A DNA stretch of 64,000 nucleotides. Origin: Octopus vulgaris (Eukaryota). Location: NCBI GenBank assembly GCA_951406725.2, contig OX597817.1, positions 59,086,001 through 59,150,000 of the forward strand, read 5' to 3'. The position numbers and the translations under genes were made by a program. The notes under the pieces were generated by a model, which saw nothing but the letters and a program-made list of their open reading frames with translations, was not told the origin of the DNA and searched no databases. Each line of letters opens with the position of its first letter. Within the stretch, counting starts at the first letter, position 1. Below, piece by piece: positions 1-12,990 of the stretch.

Positions 1-82
1 CCCACGTGGTGGATTGTAATGTATATAAGAAAAATAAAAACGGAAAATACGCACACTTACATGGTTATAGTATAATTTTTAA

Positions 83-119
83 TGTATCGACCGGTTTCGC
101 AATCGCTATTCATGATACA
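83..119 (-). ncRNA. Minimal type-I hammerhead-like ribozyme motif with non-canonical A3/U8 core
   Basis: Minus strand reads tgtatc-ATGAATA-gc(gatt)gc-GAAA-C(CG)GT-C-gataca. This gives a perfect 6-bp stem I, a short stem II, GAAA, a palindromic ACCGGT stem III and a GUC site. The core differs from CUGANGA only at positions 3 and 8. Confidence 0.6.
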
Positions 120-468
120 ATGTTTAATTTATATGAAAATATATTTTTTCTTAAGAAGAAAATGGGTCCATGTTGGTTATTATGAGATTCACGATAAGAT
201 TTATAATGAGATTTAGGATAAGATCGTTAATTTAAAATAAAGCAACGATTTTATCAAGCGGTCAGCATGGAAAAAATAACCGTCAAAGGTAATAATTATT
301 AAAATTATAAATTAGGGTATCTACGAGATGGCGCCATGCTGAAAATAGCAGCCATGATCTATCCATATATCAACACGGAGAGAAAACAAAGAGACGAGAT
401 GAAACTACTAAAAAATTACTGGATAATTCTAGATCCCGGATTTCTGACTTTGCATTCAGGAATTTATA

Positions 469-520
<52 letters not shown>

Positions 521-747
521 CACACACTTACACATACATATATACATACATGCTCGCGTGCACACGCACACACAGTTATAGATAGGTGGATTTACATATG
601 GCTATAGTGTAAAAACTTCAGCTTCTTTCCAAAATGATACGTCAGTGATGTGTGGTGTATGCCACACACACACACGAGCGCGCGCGCGAAATGCTTACGT
701 TTAAAGTCAATGATTAAAGCCCAACAACAACATAACCTTGTGTGTAT

Positions 748-788
<41 letters not shown>

Positions 789-1413
789 ATGTATACATAG
801 TGTTACAGCTGTTATCGGACGGACCTTGAGCACGTGTTGTATCACAGTAGCTACATATTTAAAATTCCTATTTTTTCTTTCATTCGCTGATAACATACAT
901 ATAGACATTTATATACGACTGTGTGTGTGTGTGTGTGTGTGAGTGTGAGTGTGTGTGTGTGTGTGCGTGTGCGTGTGTAAGATATGATAGCGAAAGAAGA
1001 GCATACATAATAGCACTACTATCAGACTCACACACACACATACACACAACACACGCACATACACATACACACACATACACATACACACACACGCATATAG
1101 ATGATGTTCTTTTAATTATTTTTATCTTCCCCTCGACACCACCACCACCATCACCACAATCGCCGCCATATTTCTTTCTCTATCCTTTCTGTTGAAAACT
1201 TGACACAAACAGATAGAGTAAGATAGAATGGCTGGGGGTGGGCAGGGATTGGAAGGGACACACGCTCTCTTTCCCTCCCCTCCCTTTCACAAACACATAC
1301 CCACACTCTCAGAGGTTTATTTGCCATAAATATTCCAGCAGACCATCTTAGTAATATTCTAACACGTAATAAAATAAAGATGGCTCCTTTACCAAAATAT
1401 TTAAGATCGCCTG

Positions 1414-1479
<66 letters not shown>

Positions 1480-1559
1480 GCTGCTGTTTTTGTTATTATT
1501 ATCGTTGATTATGACTAATATCACGAATAAATGGAACCATGTGTGTGTTGATATATTTT

Positions 1560-2355
1560 ATTTATATATTTGTTTATGTATGTGGATGTGTGTGTGTATA
1601 CATACATGCGTGTGTGTGTGTATGGATGCGTGTGTTTACGTACATTTGCATACAAGGTAGATGTTTATCTAATTCTATGTAAATGTATTTATGTATGTAT
1701 GCATGCATTCATCCACGTATGCATGCATGTATGTATGTGTGTATGTATGTATGTAAGTGTATGTATGCGTGTGTATCTATGTATGCATTCATCCACGTAT
1801 GTATGTATCTATGTGTGTATGTATGTATGTATGTGTGTATGTCTGTCTGTCTGTCTGTATGTATGTATGTATGTATGTATGTATGTATGAATGTATGTAT
1901 GTATGTATGTATGTATGTATGTATGCATGTGTGTGTGTATGTGTGTATGCGTATGTGTGTGAATGTGACTATGTATGCGTATATGTGTATGTATGAATGT
2001 ATGTATATATGTATGCGTGTGTATGTATGTGTATGTATGTATATATGTGTGTTTGTTTGTATGTAGGCATGTATGCATGTATGTATGCATGTGTGTATGC
2101 ATGTATGTGTGTATGTATATATGTGTGCATGCATGTATGTATGTATGCATGTATGAATGTACGTATGTATGTATGTATGTATGTATGTATGTATGTATGT
2201 ATGTATGCATGTATGTATGTATGTTTGTTTGTATGTATGTTTGTATGTATGTATGTATGTAATATATGTATATATGTATGTATGTATATGAATGTATGTA
2301 TGTATGTATGCATGTATGTATGCATGTATGTAATATATGTATATATGTATGTATG

Positions 2356-2387
<32 letters not shown>

Positions 2388-2440
2388 TGTATGTATGTAT
2401 CTATGTATGCATGTATGTATGTATGTATGTATGCATGTAT
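1560..2440. repeat. Long degenerate (ATGT)n/(GT)n compound microsatellite
   Basis: Direct reading. It accounts for the overlapping MYVC/HTYI pseudo-ORFs. Confidence 0.95.
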
Positions 2441-3106
2441 GGACGATTTCTCTGAGACTATGTTCTTCACAGAATGCAAAACGGCCCCTCTAAAGTGATA
2501 AGGCTTTTTTTTTTGTTTGTGCCATGACGGTTCTGGATGTTTGTGAATATGTGACTCAATATATACATACGGCATTGGATGTGTGCATATACTCTCGCTC
2601 TTGTAACGGGTGTATATGTTTCTTTACTGCATAAGTGTGTGATTACTTTTTACATATGTGTGTATACTATACACACACGTGATCGTACGCATTTGTTCAC
2701 TCAAGAAAACTGAAATGGAAACTCTTTCGAATGTCTTGGATGGAATTGGTTTGATCTGGAGGTGGGGGAGCGTGTTGGTTTACTTTGTTCCTACGAGGAG
2801 AAACTCGATATTTTGTGGGGTTTTTATGCAGATATGTAGTTATATAACCTAATGCACCAATAAGTGGAAATAAAAGTCCATAGCCTGGATATAAACGGTG
2901 TAAGCTTCTCATTGGTTCACCATAGATGTTTTCCTGTTTGGCAATTTTTGAAAAGATATTCACATCCGCCAGCACAGCAAACCTTTAGAATAATGCATGG
3001 CGTTTGTTACATTTGTTTCCTGTCTCATAAAACAATACCAGATCATTTGTGAGTGGATTGGGTTGTCGTTTTTATGGGAGTAATCTAACAGTATTCAACC
3101 ACAGTG

Positions 3107-3334
3107 AAGGCGGCAAGCTGGCAGAAACGTTAGCACGTCGGGCGAAATGCGTAGCTGTATTTCGTCTGCTGTTACATTCTAAGTTCAAATTCCGCCGAGG
3201 TCGACTTTGCCTTTCATCCTTTCGGGATCGATAAATTAAGTACCAGTCACTCACTGGGGTCGATGTAATCGACTTAATCCGTTTGTCCTTGTTTGTCCCC
3301 TATGTTTTAGCCCCTTGTGGGTAGTAAAGAAATA
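3107..3334 (+). mobile_element. tRNA-derived SINE, family A (Nin/Deu-like central domain), full length with TSD
   Basis: A-box-like gagctggcagaaacg and B-box-like agttcaaattcc, then gactttgcctttcatcctttcgggatcgataaattaagtaccag. Near-perfect 17-bp TSD agtattc(a/c)accacagtg at 3090-3106 and 3335-3351. More than 10 related copies in the window. Confidence 0.88.
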
Positions 3335-3351
3335 AGTATTCCACCACAGTG

Positions 3352-3750
3352 CTTGTTACGGTAGGGTGTCTTGAGTTCATGAATGACCCGGAGATACAGC
3401 GGAGGACGAATTCTCTTGAAAGAGTCTCTCATGCTGAGCAGCCCCAAAAGAGAGACGACAGACTGATATAGACCATCTCTTCCCTGAGGTAATTACAACT
3501 TAGCGTGGAGCCAACACCTCCTACCTAGATAACAATCAAAGTTACGGAAACATTAATAACAATTCGAAATCAACAAGACCTGGGAGAGAAAGGCTTTCCT
3601 TCAAGGAAACACGAAGAGTGCAGGAAAATCCGAAAGGAATCTGCAAGGAAAAGCAGGGACCGAAGTGGAGAGAAATAGAAAAAACAGCCTAAAGTCGAAA
3701 CGAGAGAAGTTCTCAATGGGTCTAGACAGAGCGATGAGCAGAGTAAATGT
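3352..3750 (+). mobile_element. Internally deleted RTE-clade LINE (5' UTR joined to end of RT ORF)
   Basis: The 5' part aligns by eye with 30190-30350 (minus) and resembles RTE 5' UTRs. The 3' part translates as GPKWREIEKTA*SRNER, like the C-terminus of RTE ORFs. Confidence 0.5.
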
Positions 3751-4091
3751 CCAAATATATTCCTTGTTCTTTAAGATTTGGATACATTCCGGTTCCTGTG
3801 TACCTTTGGCATGACTGTCTAGACAATAATTCTGCGAATGGTGTTAGAAATTATTTTGGCAACAATGTCATGTCTCGAGGGAAGATAATACGTTGCGGAC
3901 ATTTTGGAGCAGTTAATGATGATGTTCGTGATGTGCCTTCCACATTGGCACATCACAATCGAAAAATTCATACGTGCATTCATACACACAAACACATACA
4001 CATAAATATACACATGTATGTATGTACATTTATGCATGTGTACATACATACATACATATTTATATATATGTATATATACACATATAAATAC

Positions 4092-4156
<65 letters not shown>

Positions 4157-4483
4157 AGCGCATATATATGCATACTTAACTGTATATATGCACAAATACG
4201 TAGGCACATGAGCAATTTCTCTTTCTCTATCACATGCACATACACACATACATGCGCGCGCATGAACACGCATACACACAAATACAGAAAGAAAAAGAGA
4301 ATGAGGAGAAAGAGAGAGATAGGGGGGAGAGAAAGGCAGAGAAAGAGAGAGAGAGAAAAGCAGAACTAGTAAGCGTTATGTTCAACCTTATTATGCGATG
4401 TTGGACGGCATTTGCTGATTTTTGCGTCATTCATGTTAAAAGAGATTCTAACATAACCGTATTGGAGATACTCACATCACTTG

Positions 4484-4587
<104 letters not shown>

Positions 4588-4778
4588 CTATCTACCTATC
4601 ATTCTGTCAATTTCCCGTTTCAATTCTCATCATCATCATTATCATCATTGTCCTCCCCCTCCTCTTCCTCCTTTTTCTTCTTCGTATTAGCGTTGCCCGC
4701 TTTCTTTTTTTTCCTTCATTCGCTGCCTCACATTCTGTCAATGGCTGTCAATTGAGACACGTAGACACACACAACTCA

Positions 4779-4847
<69 letters not shown>

Positions 4848-4888
4848 GCACATATACCATCAACAAACACAACATTTTGCTTTGTGCG

Positions 4889-5114
4889 GTGAGCTGGCAG
4901 AAACGTTAGCACGCCGGGCGAAATGCGTAGCCGTATTTCGTCTGTCGTTACGTTCTGAGTTCAAATTCCGCCGAGGTCGACTTTGCCTTTCATCCTTTCG
5001 GGGTCGATAAATAAAGTACCAGTTACATACTGGGGGCGATGAATTCGACTTAATCCCTTTGTCTGTCCTTGTTTGTCCCCTCTATGTTTAGTCCCTTGTG
5101 GGCCGTAAAGAAAT
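4889..5114 (+). mobile_element. SINE family A with 17-bp TSD
   Basis: Near-identical to 3107-3334. TSD acattttgctttgtgcg at 4872-4888 and 5115-5131. Confidence 0.88.
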
Positions 5115-5267
5115 ACATTTTGCTTTGTGCGTCTCCAAGGTAAAATTCATGTAAAGGAGATTTCAAATTCAAACGAGCAAGAATTATTAAAGTTCCATTT
5201 AGTATCGGAATATGAACTTATTTCTCTCCATTCCCTACTTCCACAAGCACCAAAATAATCAGTATGA

Positions 5268-5299
<32 letters not shown>

Positions 5300-5303
<4 letters not shown>

Positions 5304-5484
5304 CATGATAGATCGTTAGCCACTACACACATTTTTTCTCTCCTTGTTTTTTTCTGTGTCCCTTTCTGTAGAAGAGTATAGGCTCGAAACGTAAAAGACT
5401 TTTTCTATTCCTCAGCGTTATACTAATACATCTGTTTGTTTTGTACACCACCTGTCTTCGTCTTTTGTTTTTTTCGTAAACTCT

Positions 5485-5488
<4 letters not shown>
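5300..5488 (+). mobile_element. Penelope-like terminal-repeat unit between (TA)n tracts, with hammerhead-like motif (5362-5397)
   Basis: cttt-CTGTAGA-a-gag(tatagg)ctc-GAAA-CGT-A-aaag. Homologous to 36472-36690 (minus) and to the tail fragment at 58072-58137. Confidence 0.6.
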
Positions 5489-5521
<33 letters not shown>

Positions 5522-5781
5522 TATATTTATATGTATATATATATGGTAAATGAAACTGAGACACATCTTCATCGCCGGATGCTCCTGAACCAGTTGTTGA
5601 GTGTCCCACCCAAGAGGAATCAATGCTAGATGTGTCCAAACAAGTGTAGTGATTAATAATAAATTCTCGTATATTCCATCTTCTGTCTTTCATTTGCCAT
5701 ATACATAACGAACACTGTGAAAGTGACCGTGCTTTACCAGTAAGCTACCAGATGTAAACCATTCGTTGTATTATGTATATA

Positions 5782-6171
5782 TCTCTCTATATATAAAGTT
5801 GAAGTTGTCTGTGTGTGGCAGGTTTGGTAGCCTTCAACTAACACTATCTCCTCCGAGACCCTGCGGCGCAAATTGACCAAAATTTAGGGTTTGGTAGAAG
5901 AAGGCTTGCTCTTCCTTCCGTAGGAGAAAAAATTCAAATCGGACCATGTTAACACCAAAAATTATTTACATCAAAAAGGTGCTTTTTTTCTATGAAAATC
6001 CCTATCTTATACGATTTTTGATTGCTGTGCCGCCATTTTTCGATATATTTCAACCAGAAAAATGTTCACTTAAAGAGAATAACAAGCTACATAATGCAAA
6101 ATTTTTACTTTTCAAAATTTCCAATTCTAAAGGGTCAAAACAACCCCAAGCAACGCCGGGCGATACTGCTA

Positions 6172-6172
<1 letters not shown>
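5782..6172 (+). mobile_element. Non-autonomous Helitron-like element
   Basis: 5' TC..TATATATAAAG, a subterminal GC hairpin (cccaagcaacgccggg) and 3' CTAG, inserted between A and T. Same termini as 41043-41346 and 52640-53420. Confidence 0.7.
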
Positions 6173-6217
<45 letters not shown>

Positions 6218-6543
6218 TCACACACACGTACATATATATATATATATATACATACATACTTACACACATACATATATGTGTTTGTGTGTGTGTGTATTCA
6301 TTAAATGTTCTTCCACCTGTGTTGTTCATTTCTAGCGTATTGTATTTGAACAGGTAACACGACAATAATGAACAGATTAGAGATAAAAATGAAAAAGAGA
6401 GAGGGAGGGATAAAAAGAGAGGCAGTGTGTAGGGGGAACAAAGAAAGGAGAAAAGGGGGAAGATTTACAATGGATAAAAGACCATTCGGGCAAGACAAGC
6501 TGTATATCAGACTCGAAGAATAGAGTTTGAAGACGGACGATAA

Positions 6544-6795
6544 AACGAAAACAATTAAAGTGGAAGGCATTTATATGCCATTTAAGAAACTCACAAAAAC
6601 CGTTAGATTCACTTCAACATTTAAATTTAATTTGGCAAATTATGATAGACTCGGAGTTTTGTCAGTGAACAGATCGCGGTCTCGAAGCGACGAAATTATT
6701 TTGGCAAATTGAATTTAAATGTTGAAGTGAATCTAACGGGTTTTGTGTTTCTTAAATGGTTTATAAACACCTTCCACGCTGCAATTGTTTTCGTT
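6544..6795. mobile_element. Foldback/MITE-like element with ~95-bp imperfect inverted arms
   Basis: aacgaaaacaatt...ccgttagattcacttcaacatttaaat pairs with atttaaatgttgaagtgaatctaacgg...aattgttttcgtt. The spacer plus one arm recurs at 45288-45426. Confidence 0.7.
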
Positions 6796-7304
6796 CCAGC
6801 ACACGCTCTCAGATCAGGTCACTTGCTATGCAAGTACATCTCGGTAAAATTAAAGTGGAGGAGATTGGGAAAGAAGCCAAAGAGATATCGGTTAGCGTGC
6901 AAATATGTCAGCTATAGTTTCCAGCAGTTTGAACACTTTGAAGCATCTGTACAGGCAGAACATACAAAAGTCGGCAAAAGAAAGTAGAAAATGAGTAAAA
7001 AGCCAAAGTAAGAAGACAAATTAAAGTGAAAATAATGTCGGGAATACATAAGAAACCGTAAAAATAGTATTATAATGTAGCTATAAACAGAAAGTTGAGG
7101 ACTTCGATGTTAGATTAGAATAAAAAATATGTCATGGCACGAACTACGCCCAGTAAGGTCTTCCAGTTTTAATATTAGACCACGTAAGATTGTAAAGATT
7201 GTTATTAATCATGTGATAGTGGGTATTTGGTAATCGGGTGGATTAATTGTGTTTAACTTTGGAAATGAACTGAGTAGAACTGAGTAGCGCCTCTTGAAAG
7301 CAGT

Positions 7305-7570
7305 TTTACGGTTTTGTTCGTTCTCGAGCCTTGCCTGGCTCATAAGAGTCGGTTTCCTTGGCGTATAGGTTCCCCACCTGGACGGGACGCCGGTCCGTCG
7401 CAGGTGAGCTGCAAGATGCAGGAGGAAAGAGTGAGAGAAAGTTGTGGCGGAGCCGCGTGGAGCTTAGGTGTTTCGCTCATAAACATACACATCACCCGGT
7501 CTGAGATTCGAACCAGCGATCCCTCGACCGCGAGTCCGCTGCTCTAACCACTAGGCCATGTGCCTCCACA
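7305..7570 (-). mobile_element. tRNA-derived SINE, family C head, with 12-bp TSD
   Basis: Minus strand: tggcctagtggttagagcagcggactcgcggtcgagggatcgctggttcgaatc (A and B boxes). TSD cttgaaagcagt at 7293-7304 and 7571-7582. Confidence 0.85.
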
Positions 7571-8739
7571 CTTGAAAGCAGTGGATGACCCCGTATATAT
7601 TTTTGTCGAATTTTTGAGTCTATCATATACGGTGCATGTATAAATGAGTTTATATCGCAATCAATGACCAAACATAGCAACCGAAATGTTTGGTTATGAA
7701 TGAATATTAAGCATGAGTATGACGTCATTGCTCTTATTCTCGTTGTTCTCCGAGCACACGGAGATTATCATCGGTTTGGCAAACATCAATACGAACCAGC
7801 AAATCAAGCGTTTGCTGAATTCTAAAAACAAGAAGCACAATTCTCGTTTCTGTTCTTCAGCCCGGGGTCAGTTTTCACTGAAGAGACACAACCAGATTGA
7901 AACACCACGTTGTCTTAAATTCTTCTTAACTCTACGAATCGAGTTTCTTATGAACTCACATTGTCTGAAAGAAGAATTCGTTCTCCGAAGACGAAATATA
8001 GCTGCAATTAGCGTATTCACTTCCGAATTTGCCGGCACCTATTAAGAATAAATTTGTACAAAGACATACATATATACATATACACACAGGCTCAAAACAC
8101 ACACACACGCGCACACGCACACACGCAAGAGTAAATAGACATTCCATAAAACATCGTTTTCATTTTTCTTCTAACTTTATAGGTTTATATACATATATAA
8201 ACAGCACAGCTTGTATTAGAACAATTAAGATAAATTTAAAATATTTAGACTACAGCTTTCATCCCTTCACTATAGAATTTTATACACGTGGGAATACACT
8301 TGTTTACTCACTTCGTACGCAGAAAAATAAAGGAGATTGCCCAAACATATTTAGCTGTTCGTAGATCATTCGTGTGAGTACCCTTCATTACTCTGCCTGC
8401 AATGAGAATTTATGGCAAATACACACACACATGTATAAACAAGTATGTTTACACTAGAACAGTGTATTGGAATTTATCAGTTGCCTGAGACTAGATCAGA
8501 CGCTGATCTCCCGAAGCCTCCACTCTGTGTAACAAGCACCAAGTCTCCTTATCAGAAAAACCAATCACAGTTATGACAACACGTTCATTCTCAATATATT
8601 CAGCGTAACAGTGACTCTGCACCAGTTCTTACACATAGAGGCCGCTGTCTGCTTGTTTAATAAGACTTCTATTTCAGGAGAGCGCCGTAAAAGGAGATAA
8701 GCCGTACGGTCTTGATGACGGTCGTGGTGATCGCGATTG

Positions 8740-9925
8740 CATTGGAGCTTGTCGTGGTAGTGGTGGTGGTGGTAGTGGTAGTGGTAGTGATGGAGGGGTG
8801 ATGATGAGGGGCGGGGGATTCTGATAGTGGTGGTGGTGGTGGTGGTGGTGGTGGCGACGGTTGTTTTGGCGGAAGTACATTTCGAGAGATTCATTGAGAA
8901 ATATTTCAGGCAAATATCACTTGTTTTTTAATTGTTTGCGTTGGTGGTGGTAGCGGTAGTAGTAGTGGTGGTGATGGTGGTGGTGGTGGTCGCGGCGAGA
9001 GTGGCAGAGGCGGCGGCGACAGCGGGAATGTAGTTGAAAGGTTGCTTTTGTTGTTGTTAGTGGTGGTTGGGGGATGAGAAGAGGGCGGCCGCGGCGATGA
9101 TGATGATGACGATGATGATGACGATGATGATGGTTGAAGTGTTGTTGCTGTTTCCATTATTGTTATTTGCGATGGCGGCGGTGGCGGCGGCGGCGATGGC
9201 GGCGGTGGTGGCGGTGGCGACGGAGGCGGCGGCGGCGGTGGCGACTTAGGTGGCGGCGGCGGTGGCGACGGAGGTGGCGGCGGCGGTGGCGACGGTGGCG
9301 GTGGCGGCGGAGGCGGCGGAGGCGGCGGTGGCGGCGGTGAAGGCGGCAGTGGCGACTATGGTGGTGGTGGTGGTGATGGTGGCGACTGTGGTGGTGGCGA
9401 CTGTGGTGGTGGCGACTGTGGTGGTGGCGACTGTGGTGGTGGCGACTGTGGTGGTGGTGGTGGTGGTAGTTAATGTGATGATGGTGATGATGCTGATGAT
9501 GATAATGACGACGACAACGACAATGATGATGATGATGATGATGTCCTTGGTGTTAGGACTTGTGATTGGTAGGCATGCTGTTAGAGGCGATGGCGCAGTT
9601 AACGGTGGTGGCGGTGGCCGTGATGGTGATGTTGGTGGTGTTGGTGTTGGTAGTAGTGGCGGTGTTAGTGGTCTTAACAGTATTTATGGTGGTGATGGTG
9701 ATGGTGGTGGTGGTGGTGGTAGTAGTGGTGGTGTTGCAGCTGCAGGTAATTCTGGCCGTAGGCGAAGGGAGTGTGTGTAGGGTGTGGCTGAGGGTGGAGC
9801 AATGGGATGGTCGAACGGATATTTCTACTGTAATTTCAGATGCAAAAAAGGAGAGGTAATCGTTATCATCATCATCATCAATATCACCACCACCACCACC
9901 ACCACCACCACCACCACCATCATAA
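8740..9925. repeat. GC-rich compound trinucleotide repeat (GGT/GGC/GAT) with an 18-bp higher-order unit
   Basis: Direct reading. ggtggcgactgtggtggt repeats at about 9378-9455. Confidence 0.9.
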
Positions 9926-10009
9926 AAAAAAGCATCGTCATTGCCATGAAAGGACATCGTCATTATGAATGGTATTTCAGTCGTCTTCACAATAATAATC
10001 CCTTCTACT

Positions 10010-10218
10010 TATAAACGTAATGCCTGAAATATTGGTGGGGGTGTGGAAGGGGCAGTTGATTACATCGACCCCAGTGTTCAACTGGTACTTATATTATCGA
10101 CTCCGAAAGGATGAAAGGTAGAGTCGACCTCAGTGGAATTTGAACTCAGAACTGAGTACAAACGAAACGCCGCTAAGTATCTTGGCGACGTGCTAACGAT
10201 TCTACCAGCTCACCGCCT
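10010..10218 (-). mobile_element. SINE family A, diverged copy with the alternative tail
   Basis: Reverse complement of the family-A head and Nin-like domain. Confidence 0.75.
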
Positions 10219-10669
10219 GAATAATAATAATAATAACAACAACAACAAAAACAACAACAACAACAATAATAATAATAATGGTTTCGATTTTTCCACAGGG
10301 GCAGCCATTTTAGAGGAGGGGATGAAGAAGTGATTGGGAAGTGAGACTCGCATTGTCAACCTGCAAAAAAGTAGCATTGTTTAGTTCTGCAAGAATTCGA
10401 AGGACGATTCTTGAGAATTGAAGAGACTTGTTGTCACCAAACTTCAAGATAAAAATACCCGCTAATTAAATTAGCAATGTATGAGTTTGAAAAATAATAA
10501 TCATAATAATGATGATGATGATAATGAGGAGGAGGAGGAGGAGGAGGAAAAGTGCTACCACAACTCTTATTATATTCGTCATCACTATCTTTATCATTAT
10601 CGCTTTCATATTCATAATTTCTTTTCAACACCTCCACCACCACCATCATCACCACCACCATCATCATCG

Positions 10670-10700
<31 letters not shown>

Positions 10701-11294
10701 TATCATCATCATCATCATTATAATCGTCATCGTCGTCGTTGTCGTTGTTATCATCACAATCGTTATCGTCATCATCTTCATCACCTTTACAGTCATAATC
10801 TTTCTTTTCAACACTTTATCATATCATCATCGTCATCATCATCATCCTCATCATCATCATCATCTCCACCATCATCATCACCATCTCCACCATCACCATG
10901 ATGTTTACATAATCACAAAGCGAAACAGCCGTTATCTATTGAAAGTTATCTCTTCTCCAAACAAACTCGCCCCTCATTCACCAACCAAAATATATAAATT
11001 GCAGCAGATAATAAGTAAGATATTTCCTATGATATTATAACAAGCAATAACAGTATCACACATACTAATTAAATTCATTAATTATTCAACTGATTAATTA
11101 ATTATGTATGAATCTGTTTTCATTTCGTAGTTAAATAAATCTAAATAAATATTCGCAGAAGTCTATTGAAATTTTAAGACATTTACAAGTTTACGAAAAG
11201 ACATGCGTTGGGGCATTGGTTTTGGTGATGGGTCCTTCGCCAGCATCGACGCTGAGTACTGCACAATCACACAATTAGGTGAAAACTCGACTCG

Positions 11295-11354
<60 letters not shown>

Positions 11355-12002
11355 ATGTGGAGGGTATGATTTTAAGTTACATCAGGTAGTGAGGACCAAG
11401 TTCCGGTTCTCCAGGGTTTTCAGGAATGTAGGATTACTCTCAGTCAGTATTCTTGCCCGGTCAACACTAACCCGGAGTCGTTACATCTGTCAGAGTTCCA
11501 ACTACACGTTGATGGACATGCCATGGAATTGCCTTTGAAAAAAGGTCACACGCAAACACCCAAACGAACCCGGAGCAGATGAGGTCTTGAGTTCCTTAAC
11601 AGCTCATCTAAGAGAAGATAATTCCACAAAACTCCAGCGTCCTGGTATCTACTGGCCTCGCTGCACTTGTTATACCAGGACCAATACAAGTTTGAAGAAC
11701 AAGAGGATGAGATTGGACGTGCACAAGCCATGCTTATTATAATAATAATATTCATTGTACAGGTTATTCAGTAAAGCAAGACATTAGTAGTAATACTGTC
11801 TTCTTAAGTGTGCAGTAGTCGTAGGGACAGAGGCAATGGAGAACGAGAGACGGGTAGAGGATGTTACTGGGAGATTTCAGCTTTCGCCCTGCAGACAGAC
11901 GGCCAAAGCATAATGGTCATTTTCCTACAGTCCTACACTGTGCAACGATGAGCAAGACCACCATCAGTAATACATACAAACATACATACGTACATACATA
12001 TG

Positions 12003-12052
<50 letters not shown>

Positions 12053-12334
12053 TAAATGAAATAAAACATATGCATATATATAAACATATATGTACGTACC
12101 TACCTCTACATGTACATATACACGCATATATGAGTACAGGACACCAAAGGGACGTCGAACACAAAGAGAAACGAAAACATAGACACAAACCAAAGGAACT
12201 GGACATTTTTTTTAAAAACAACAAAAAATGGAGTACAGGACAATTAACACAACGAAAAAACCCCTTCTTCAGTCGCTAAGGTTTCATCTACTCTACATTT
12301 CGAAGGATATATATATATATATATATATATATAC

Positions 12335-12700
12335 TCTCTTTACTCTTTTACTTGTTTCAGTCATTAGACTGCGGCCATGCTGGACCACCGCCTTTAGTAC
12401 TTATTCTATCGGTCTCTTTTGCCGAACCGCTAAGTGACGGGGACGTAAACACACCAGCATCGGTTGTCAAGCAATGCTAGGGGGACAAACACAGGCACAC
12501 AAACATACGCACACACACATATATATATATACATATATACGACAGGCTTCTTTCAGTTTCCGTCTACCAAATCCACTCACAAGGCATTGGTCGGCCCGGG
12601 GCTATAGCAGAAGACACTTGCCCAAGATGCCACGCAGTGGGACTGAACCCGGAACCATGTGGTTGGTAGACAAGCTACTTACCACACAGCCACTCCACAC
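12335..12700 (-). mobile_element. tRNA-derived SINE, family B (CORE-like segment, internal microsatellite)
   Basis: Minus strand: A box tggctgtgtgg, B box ggttcagtccc, then CORE-like cttgggcaagtgtctt, an internal (TA)/(TG) tract and a (AGAGTAAA)-like tail. About 15 copies or fragments in the window. Confidence 0.85.
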
Positions 12701-12774
12701 ATATATACATACATACATACATACATACATACATACATACATACATACATACATACATACATACATACATACAT

Positions 12775-12990
12775 AGTTAATCCAAAAAAAAAGAAAAAAC
12801 ACTAAACAAAAAAACGACAACGTGAGGACGTGGTACATGCAAAGTATTAATAGACGCTCAGGGAAGGAATGAAAGGTGGTTTTATGCTTCGAGCAAAGTT
12901 CTTCTTCAGAAACAGGAGACAGAGGAAAGCCCAAGAGAAAAGGAAAACAGACAAAAACAAATCGACAACGAAACAATGTAGCTACATTTT
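12775..12990 (-). mobile_element. Penelope-like terminal unit with decayed hammerhead motif (12879-12913), between (CATA)n arrays
   Basis: Minus strand: gttt-CTGAAGA-a-gaa(ctttg)ctc-GAAG-CAT-A-aaac. A related fragment lies at 28560-28627. Confidence 0.5.

Noticed and set aside
336-470. ORF segment EMKLLKNYWIILDPGFLTLHSGIYN vaguely like a GIY-YIG C-terminus
   Set aside because: The similarity is too weak, and it is on the opposite strand to the adjacent hammerhead motif.
9067-9860. Ala/Val/Gly-rich ORFs resembling structural or antifreeze proteins
   Set aside because: They derive from GGC/GGT triplet repeats that are open in most frames, and I saw no splice or codon evidence.
11756-11974. 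Possible solo LTR (TGTA...TACA)
   Set aside because: There is no TSD, and the right end merges into a (TACA)n repeat.
12130-12308. Permuted hammerhead-like order on the minus strand (GAAAT-GTA ... CTGAAGA), also at about 22150-22200
   Set aside because: I could not form stem I convincingly. These may be Penelope-like remnants but are not supportable as ribozymes.
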